64,000 nucleotides of DNA from the NCBI GenBank assembly GCA_965207225.1, contig CBDBLV010000004.1, positions 768,001 to 832,000 of the forward strand, read 5' to 3'. The stretch comes from Dehalococcoidia bacterium. GTDB lineage: Bacteria; Chloroflexota; Dehalococcoidia; Plut-88900. How positions within the stretch are numbered: the first letter of the stretch is position 1; each line of letters begins with the position of its first letter. Both the position numbers and the translations under genes were made by a program. Under the pieces are notes generated by a model, which saw only the letters and a list, made by a program, of their open reading frames with translations, did no database searches and had not been told where the DNA came from. Positions 42,033 through 50,900 of the stretch are shown here, in pieces.

Positions 42033-42239
42033 ATGCCCACCAAACCAAGGAACACCGCCACCATCACTTTCTCCCTGTCGCACGAGATGGCGCAAGAGCT
42101 TCGGGAAGTGGTCAAGGATGAGGATCGCACCGTCAGCGAGCTTCTGCGGGAGGCCATTCGCCTCTACATGGAGGAACGAGAGTGGCGCATACAGGAACGG
42201 ACGCTGAGGCGACAGTCACGCCGGACGGAGCAAGGATGA
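42033..42239 (+). CDS. Ribbon-helix-helix (CopG-like) DNA-binding protein
   Basis: TITFSLSHEMAQEL...EDRTVSELLREAIRLY. Confidence 0.85.
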   Translation: MPTKPRNTATITFSLSHEMAQELREVVKDEDRTVSELLREAIRLYMEEREWRIQERTLRRQSRRTEQG

Positions 42240-42508
42240 ACACGGAGAAGATGAGCATGAACGATATGAGCGACTACACACCGGTGGCCCTGTACGCCAG
42301 GGTCTCCAGCGACAGACAGGACGTTGACCTGTCGGTGGCTGCGCAGCTGCGCGCGCTCAGGGACTACGCCGAGAAGAACGGCTACATAGTCGCCCGCGAG
42401 TACGTGGACGAGGCCGAGAGCGGACGCATCGCCGATAGACCGCAGTTCCGTAAGATGCTGGACGAGGCCAGCAAGTCGGAGGCTCCCTTCAAGGAGATAC
42501 TCATATGA
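42236..42508 (+). pseudogene. Truncated serine recombinase (N-terminal catalytic part only)
   Basis: ALYARVSSDRQ...AQLRALRDYA...YVDEAESG...DRPQF..ML; the stop falls before the second conserved (SR/DR) motif. Confidence 0.88.
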
Positions 42509-42824
42509 AAGACACAATAGCAACGGAAAATTCAGGTACTCATGGACGGTGGGGCTGGGGAGCTTCAAACCTTATGGTAGGTGATGAATCGCCGATCGAG
42601 CAGGAGCAGGACGGTAGATGGCATTGTCTGCAAGATGTGGCTGGGGATCGTTGGACTGTCTGCCTCGTCCTGCAAACGACTGCGCCCGGTCCTTTCCGCG
42701 CGCTGGACAGGTGTAGTAGAATGTGGCGCGTAACAGAATACCTTGTTGGAGGGGCCGAGGAGTGGATGCGCCGGTCCGGTTGGCCGGAGTCGGCGCAGGC
42801 TCCGGGCCAATTGTCGGGTGAGAT

Positions 42825-43535
42825 ATGACGACGCCAGACACGACATTTGCCAGGAAGCCGGGTGTTCGGGGAACCTTCGTGTTTCCGGACCCGCCGGAAG
42901 ACCCGGACGACAAGATGACCAGCTTTGACCATCTGACGATTACGGGCACGGCCCATTCCCTGGCGGTACACTTGGGCAACCGTGAGACGACGCTGGTGGC
43001 CGGGGAGCACTACCTGGCGCTGGCTCCCACTCGAAGCCTGGCCGGGGTGCGCTATCCCGACCTGCTGGTGGCCTTCGGGGTGGACCCGGAAGCCTACCGC
43101 AGGAGCAACGCCTACGTGATCTCGGAGCAGGGGAAGCCGCCGGACTTCGTGCTGGAGATAGTCTCGCCAAGCAGCGGACGGACGGACCGAGTGGAGAAGC
43201 GTGTTGACTACGCGGCTCTGGGCATCCCCGAATACTGGCGGTTCGACGAGAGAGGGCGAGTTTCCGAGGAGCGATTGGCCGGAGACCGGCTGGTTGAGGG
43301 CGCGTACGTTGCGGTGGAGATAGAGGAGCTGCCCAACGGAAGCCTCCAGGGATACAGTGCCGTGTTGGGCCTGAATCTGCGATGGTCGGATGGTGAGCTG
43401 CTGTTCTACGACCCCGCCACCGGGGAGCCCATCGCCACGTTTGAGAGTGAACGAGTCCGTGCCGACACAGAGCAAGCCCGCGCCGAGGCTGCCGAGGCCC
43501 GAGTCAGGGAGTTGGAGGAGCGGCTGCGTCGCTAG
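42825..43535 (+). CDS. Uma2/DUF820 family putative endonuclease
   Basis: PDLLVAFGV, PPDFVLEIVSPS, KRVDYAALGIPEYWRFD, C-terminal coiled coil. Confidence 0.92.
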   Translation: MTTPDTTFARKPGVRGTFVFPDPPEDPDDKMTSFDHLTITGTAHSLAVHLGNRETTLVAGEHYLALAPTRSLAGVRYPDLLVAFGVDPEAYRRSNAYVISEQGKPPDFVLEIVSPSSGRTDRVEKRVDYAALGIPEYWRFDERGRVSEERLAGDRLVEGAYVAVEIEELPNGSLQGYSAVLGLNLRWSDGELLFYDPATGEPIATFESERVRADTEQARAEAAEARVRELEERLRR

Positions 43536-43611
43536 GGAGCGTAGCCTCGCCGGCAGACCGGTAGGGCAAGGAATACCAGGCAAAAGTTCGCCCACCGCAG
43601 CGGTGCCGCTA

Positions 43612-44832
43612 CAGGGCAATCGCATCTTATTGAGCAAGGACCTTGAGTAGGTAGTCATTGTCCCAGGCGGCGTCTTTTCGCTTACCGGCGAGGCTGCGCT
43701 TGGTGGACTTTTCGGCCTTGAGCAGATTCAGAGCCATGCGGCGCAGCACGGAGAAGTTCTCGGCCCCGTCCGCTACGCACCCGGCTCCCGTCCTCATTGA
43801 ACGTCACGTCCAGCGACCAGTGCAACTGGTTTTCTATACTCCAGTGACTGCGCACCGCGCTGAGTAAGGCACTCGCATCGTTGGGCAGGCTCGATATGTA
43901 GTAGCGCGACTCCATCGTCGTCTTGTCTCCTATGCGTCGCTCACCTTCCACCATCGCCAGCGTAGTCAGCCCCGGCCATCGCCTGTACTCATCGACGTAT
44001 CTGACGTTGCCGAGGTCAGACACCGTCCAGCAGCGGCGCGTCTCGACTCGTCCATGACCAGCATCCACCGTCTCGTGGTAGTCGTGGTCTATGTCGTCGA
44101 AGCAGGAGTTGCGGATGAGGTCGAAGACATCGACCACTCCCTCGTGCAGGAGTACCTGGTTTCTCTTGACCGCCAGCACGTAGTCGGCTTCCTCCTCCAG
44201 TATCTTCGATGCAATCTCCCTCTGGCAGCCCATGGCATCTATCGTCACGATGCATCCCTCGACCGCGAGCATCTCAAGCAACCGGGGTATCGCCGTGATC
44301 TCGTTGGAGCGTCGGTCCACACTGGTCTGCCCGAGCGTCACGCCGCTCGCACAGGCCCAAGCACTGACCATGTGGATAGCGCCCTTCCCTACGTATCGAT
44401 CGTGCGAGCGTCGCACCGCCTTGCCGTCTATGGCCACCACATCACCTTGCAGAACCTCACTGACTGCCAGCACCCACTCGGTGAAACAGCGCTCGAACTG
44501 CTCAGCGTCCAGCTTGGCGAACACCCTGCCGAAGGTGTCGTGCGAGGGAATGCCGTTGGGCAGTTCCAGCATACTGCGCAACCATCCTTCCTTGCGCCTG
44601 CCGAACGCTTCCACGTCTACCCAACTGTCCGCTTCCGCTATGGCGCCGCAGAGCGCAATAGTAAGAATGTCGATCAACTCGTGGCGTTTGGTTCGGTCTA
44701 TACGCGGGTCATCGAGGCTGCTAAAATGCTCCGTAAGCGAAGCAGGGCTACTATTGTCCATCGGCCAATCTCCTTATGAGACTGACCCCAATTTTATACT
44801 CTGCCTAAACTAATTTAGATGCGATTGCCCTG
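43612..44832 (-). mobile_element. ISAs1-family insertion sequence (1221 bp); transposase 44761-43627 with a frameshift near 43767
   Basis: Perfect 16-bp terminal inverted repeats CAGGGCAATCGCATCT (43612-43627; 44817-44832). Motifs PSHDTF, AIDGK, TIDAMG, HGRVETR, HWSIEN. The natural C-terminus (AENFSVLRRMALNLL...) is in another frame. Confidence 0.95.
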
Positions 44833-44978
44833 GGCGTTGATCTTGACAACGAACCCCAGATTGGCGGATGATATACACTGGCCGCTTGCGACATATATTG
44901 ACATGAGCTAGAAATACTACTGATCCAGCGCCCGCAGGCGTCGCGGCATAAGTCGGGCGACACAGGAGGTTCGACGAC

Positions 44979-47900
44979 ATGACCAACGCGCTGCGGAGCT
45001 TCACCCCCCCCCCCCCCCGCATTTCGTGGGGGTTCTCTCTCATGAGGCGCCCTGGGATTGCGCTTCTCGCCCTCGCGCTGCTGGCGGTGGTGTTCGCGGC
45101 GACGCCGGCGGAGCAGGCTAACGCGCAGACCGCGCAGACCTTCGTCAGCAACACCGGCCAGGCAGACGGGGCTGCTACATCTCTGTCCAATGACTACGCC
45201 CACGCCTTCACCACCGGCAGCAACCCGGGTGGGTACTCCCTGACCAGCGTCGCCGTGGAATTCGCCTCTATCCACAGCGGCTTCAGCTCTTCATCCCTCA
45301 CCGCCAGCATCCACACCGACTCCAGCGGGTCTCCGGGCAGCTCCCTCGGGACCCTGACCAAGCCCGCCAGCTTTCCCGTCTCCAGCTCGGACCAGACGCT
45401 GGCCTTCACCAGCGCGGGCATCGACCTTGCGGCGAGTACCACCTACTTCCTAGTGATTGACATTAGCAGTGGTGAGCCCTTTTCGAATCTGCGCTTGACG
45501 ACTTCGGACGCCGAGGACAGCGGAGCCCTGGCCGGTTGGAGCATCAGCGACGGCACTTTGTTTAGAGCATTTTCCTCAACAGCCGCATGGACCACCAGCA
45601 CGTCATCACCGAAACTCAGCCTCGGCGGCGTCAGCAAGCCTTTCCTGGTTTCGAACTTCGGGCAGGCGGACGGCGGCACCGGCAATTTCGTCCAGCACGA
45701 CCACGCCCAGGCGTTCACGACGGGCGCCAACGCCGGCGGGTACACCCTGACGGGCGTCGACTTCTCGTTTCCGCAAATCAACGACGGCGGGCTGGCGGGG
45801 AAGCTGGCTGCCGAGATCAGAAGCGACAGCAGCGGAGCGCCGGGCGCGGTGGTCGCCACCCTGACCAAGCCCGGCACGATTGCCGCCGGCACGAACAGCT
45901 TCACGCACTCGGGCGTGGCGCTCGCGGCGAACACCACGTACTGGGCGGTGCTGGACGTCACCCTGGTCCTGTTGCCCGGCGCCAACACCATCCAGAACAC
46001 CGGGTCGGACGCCGAGGACGCCGGCGGCGCGGACGGCTGGACCATCGCCGACGACGGCCACTACCGGACCTGGAACACCTCGGGCGCCTGGACCTCGTTC
46101 AGCCAGTCCCGCAAGATGACCATCCACGGCACGGCCGTCGAGACGGTCGAGACGGAGACCTTCGTCGCCAACACCGGCCAGGCGGACGGAGGCACCTCGT
46201 TTCTGGGCAATGACTTCCACCAGGCCTTCACCACCGGCTCCAACGGCTTCGGCTACAGCCTGCACAGCGTCGACGTGGAGTTCTCCACCATCGACAGCGC
46301 CTTCAGTTCCTCGGCGCTGACCGCCAGCATCCACGCCGCCTCCGGCGGGTCTCCGGGCAGCTCGCTGGGGACCCTGACCAACCCCGCCAGCTTCCCCGCC
46401 TCCACCTCGGACCAGACGCTGACCTTCACCAGCAGCGCGGGCATCGACCTTGAGGGGAGCGCCACCTACTTCCTGGTGATCGACATGGACGCTGGCCAGG
46501 GTTCTTCGAGGGTACGCCTGACGGGTTCGGACGCCGAGGACGGCGGGGGCCTGGCCGGCTGGAGCATCGCCGACGGCGCCGGGACGAGAACGGCTTCCTC
46601 GACGGGCGCGTGGACCCCCAACGTATCATCACTGAAGATCAGCCTCGACGGCGTCAGCAAGCCGGAGCCGCCGCGGGTGAGCATCCTTGGCGACGGCGCC
46701 GTCACCGAGGGCGTCAGCGCCAGCTTCACGCTGAGGGCGGTCCCGGCGCCCACGGCAGACCTGCCGGTGAGCGTCACGGTGACCACGACCGGCGACTTCG
46801 GGTACGGGACCCTGCCCACCAGCGTCACCATCCCGGCCACCGGGTCGGCGACGCTGGAGATCCCCACCACCGGCGACGACGTGGACGAAGCCCACGGCTC
46901 GGTCACGGTGACCCTGGTGGACGGGTCGGACTACGACCTGGCCACGTCGCTGGGGACGGCGACGGTCCGGGTGCGGGACGACGACCCGCCGCTGGTGAAG
47001 AACATCGGCCAGTCGAGCGGCCTGGTGCAGGGCATGCACGTGGACCTGGCGCAGGGTTTCGACACCGGCGGCAACCCCTCGGGGTACACCCTGACCAGCG
47101 TGGACGTGGCCTTCAACCGGTCCACCGAGGACTTCGGCTCCAAGCTGACGGTCACCGTCCACAAGGGTGCCAACGGGGCTCCCGGCACGGTCGTCGGGAC
47201 CCTGGCCAATCCCGCCTTCGTGAACCGGCAGGCCGGCACGTACAGCTTCACGCACCCGGGCGTCGCGCTCGAGGCGGACACCCGCTACTGGGTCGTGCTG
47301 GATGCAACCGGACTCACGGAAGGCAACAGCCAGGTAAAGTTCACGCAGAGCAACTCCGAGGACGCGGGCGCGGCGCCCGGCTGGAGCATCAACAACGACG
47401 CTCGCATCCGCGCGCAGGGGGGCGGCAACTGGATCACCCTGGTCGGCGGCTCCACTCTGTCCATGGGAGTCAACGGCCGGCTGCTGCCCCACGCGGACGG
47501 TTCCTACACCGTGCCCCTGGACTGGCCGCTGAAGCCGCTCGGTCTGGGCGCGGGCGAGACGTTCCGGCTGCTGTTCATCACCGACGACTGGCGCGACGCC
47601 TCCGCCACCGACATCGCCGACTACGACGCCCACGTGCGGGACGCCGCCTTAGGGGGGCACGCCGACATCCGGCGCTACGGCGACCAGTTCCGGGTGGTAG
47701 GCTCCACCGCCGCGGTGGACGCCCGCGACCACACCCGGACCAATCCCAACGAAGCCGGGCACCCGGACGTACCCATCTACTGGCTGAACGGCGAGCTCGT
47801 CGCGGCGAACAACGCCGGCTTCTGGTCCGACACCTGGGAGAACTGGGCGCAGGCGGACCGCCGCTTTGAGAGCGGCAGGCGGGACACCGACGCGGACTGG

Positions 47901-50900
47901 CCGTGGACCGGCACCCGCACCGACGGTGCGAAGGAGGCGAACCCTCTGGGCGCCAGCAACGCCCGGCGCGGACGGTTCTCGACCACCGACGCGGACACCG
48001 GCCCCATCAGCTACAACACCGTCGCCAGCACCCAAGACCACGCGTTCTACGGCATCTCGCCCCTGTTCCGGGTGGAGCCCACGCCGGTGAACGCGCCGCC
48101 CGGTGAGCCGGCGGTGATGAGCAACCTGGGCCAGGCGGACGGCGCGGCGTTGACCGTGACGACTGCCGGTACCGTACGTGACCGCGCGCAGTCGTTCACG
48201 ACGGGCAGGAACGGCGGCCACTACCGCCTCAACAGCGTCGACGTCGAGTTTGCCGAGATCGGCGACTCCGACGCCGCCCGTGATCTGAGGGTACAGATCT
48301 GGGCCGGCTCCGGCGGCTCGCCGGGCAGTACCGCCGCCGACGTCCTGGCCGATCTGGCGCGCCCCTCCATGCCGGTGGGCAGCGCCGACCGGACCTTCAC
48401 CTTCACCTACCAGGGCGACGACGGTTCGGGGCTGCGGCTGGAGCCGAACACCACCTACTGGGTGTACGTATACGACGCGTCCGCGCAGCCCAACAGCAGG
48501 TACACCCTTCGCGCCACCGCGTCGAACTCCGAGCGCCTGCAGGGCCTGCGCCTGCCCGAGGGCTGGAGCATCGGCGACGGCCACAGTTCCTGGTCGCTCT
48601 ACCCCAACCCCGCCGTCTCCTGGAGCACCCACTCCGAGGCGCTCAAGATCGGCCTGAACCTGGGGGCCGCCGACGCCTTCGTGCAGTTCCGCACCTGCGC
48701 GGGCACGGTCTCGGGCAACGACTGCGACACGGGCTGGGTGATCGCCAACTACAACAGGCACGACCCGCCGCCGACGATCACGCTGACCGAGGGCGGCCCG
48801 GCGGTGACCTACCAGTGGCAGGCGGTGGACCCCCACGAGCGCCGGCACTTCTACGTCGCCAGCCAGGTGGCTGAGCCGCTCAGCCACTTCGGCGGCTACA
48901 TCGGGCCGGGCAAACCGGACCGGGACCGGCTGATGTGCCACACCGGGAGCCGCAGCCCCTACAACCTGGGCGACCCCATCGTCGAAGGGCTTGGCCGGGA
49001 TGGGATACATTTCGGCTACGGCAGCACCGCCGGCCCGCTGCTGGACCGGCACGACGGCTGCCCCTTCTCGTCGCAGTCCGTCTACGAGAGCGACGCCAAC
49101 AAGTGGCGTCCGGTGAGCCTCGCCGCCGGCCAGGACAGCGACGCCTTCGACCACGGGACGTTCCTGATCCACCGGCCCCACGCCGTCGGCCACAACTTCT
49201 ATGAAAATGGCGTGCTGTACCAGGTGGAAGGCTTCGACTACCCCGAGGTGCGGGTGCCGCTCATCATCAGGGACGACGACCAGTGGGAGCAGACCCTGGA
49301 GTTCTCCATCGACGACGGGACCACCTGGACCTCCATCGAGGACGGCGGGCTCAATCTGGCCTTCCCGGCCTCGCTGAACACCGGGCGCAAGGCGCACTAC
49401 TTCTGGGTGCGGACGAAGAACGACCCGCCGGCGGACCAGGACAAGCGCTTCTCCATCAGCGCCGACTTCGCCAAGCCGCTGTTGCGCAGCGGCACGTCGG
49501 AGTACTTCCGGTCCCACCGGGTCTGGTTCACCAGCCCCGCCGCATCGCACCTGCACACCTTCAGAACTGACTCTGCCGTCAGCGCCGGCTCGGTCACGGT
49601 CAGCCGCACGCCGGTCCAGGTCGACATCCACGTCGGCGCCAACGTGGTCGGCAACGTGACCTTCCAGGTCGAGGGCTACAAGCTGTACGAGCGCAGCGAC
49701 AACCAGGTCTCGACGGAGACGCCGCCGAAGACGGTGCGCACCGACAGCTTCAGCTTCCACCGCACGCTGGGCTCCTGCGTGGGCTGCCAGCGGCTGCTGG
49801 GCGACCTGCCGGACCCGGTGGTGGAGCGCGTGGGCGACCTGAGCTACGCCAACCTGTCCGACACGGGCATCGACCTGAGCTGGCCGCAGGTGGTCGGCGC
49901 CGAGGGATACGAGGTGCGCTACTGGTCCACCACGTCGCCCTTCCCCGGCGTCCCGGCCGACGAGGCCTGGTTCGGGGCCGAGCCCAACGACCCGGCCTGG
50001 AACATCCGCCACCTGGAGCCGGACACCGAGTACCGGGCGGTGGTCTACTACGCCGACCACGGCGCGACGCAGCTGAGCACCGCCAGCCCGGTGATCCGCT
50101 TCACCACGCTTGCGGCGGGCTCGCCGGTGGAGGCGGAGCCCACGTCGGTGATCGTGGAGCGGGTGCCCGAGGTGTCGATCAGCGCCGCCGGCGGGACGAT
50201 CACCGAGGGCGAGGACGCGGTCTACACGGTCACCGTGAACCCCGCGCCCGACGCGCCGCTGGACGTCAGGGTGGGCGTGGCCGGCCCCGGCTCCGTGGTC
50301 GCCGCCCAGCACCTGGGCGAGCGCACGGTCAACGTGCCCACCGGCGGCAGCGTCTCGTTCACCATCCCCACCGTCGACGACACCGGTTGGGGCTCCAACG
50401 GGATGCTCGGCGCGACGGTGCAGTTCGGCGAGGGCTACCGGCTGAACAGGTTCAGGAGCTACGCCTCGGTCTACGTCGCCAACAACGACCTCCCGCCGCC
50501 GCCGCCGGTGCAGCTCAAGCGCGTCTCCGACACCACGGCGACCGTCGCCTGGAAGCCGCAGGGGGACGGCGCGTCCTACCTGGTCGTCTGGCACGAGAGC
50601 TTCACGGGCGTCCCGGTCCTGACGGAAGTCACGACCACCGCGACCGAGCACCAGCTCACCGGCCTTAATCCGCAGTCGCATTACGTGGTCTCCGTCCTTC
50701 ACGGGACGACCCAGCTGGACAAGATCACCGTGCGGACCCTGGCCGCCGGCGCGACGCCGAAGACCTTCACGGTGGACTTCGAGACGCCCGCGCCCAACAC
50801 GTCCGTGCCGGTGATCAGCGTGACCGCCGACGGCAACGTGACCGAGGGCGGGGACGCGACCTTCACGGTCAGCGCCAACCCGGCGCCGGCTGCGGACCTG

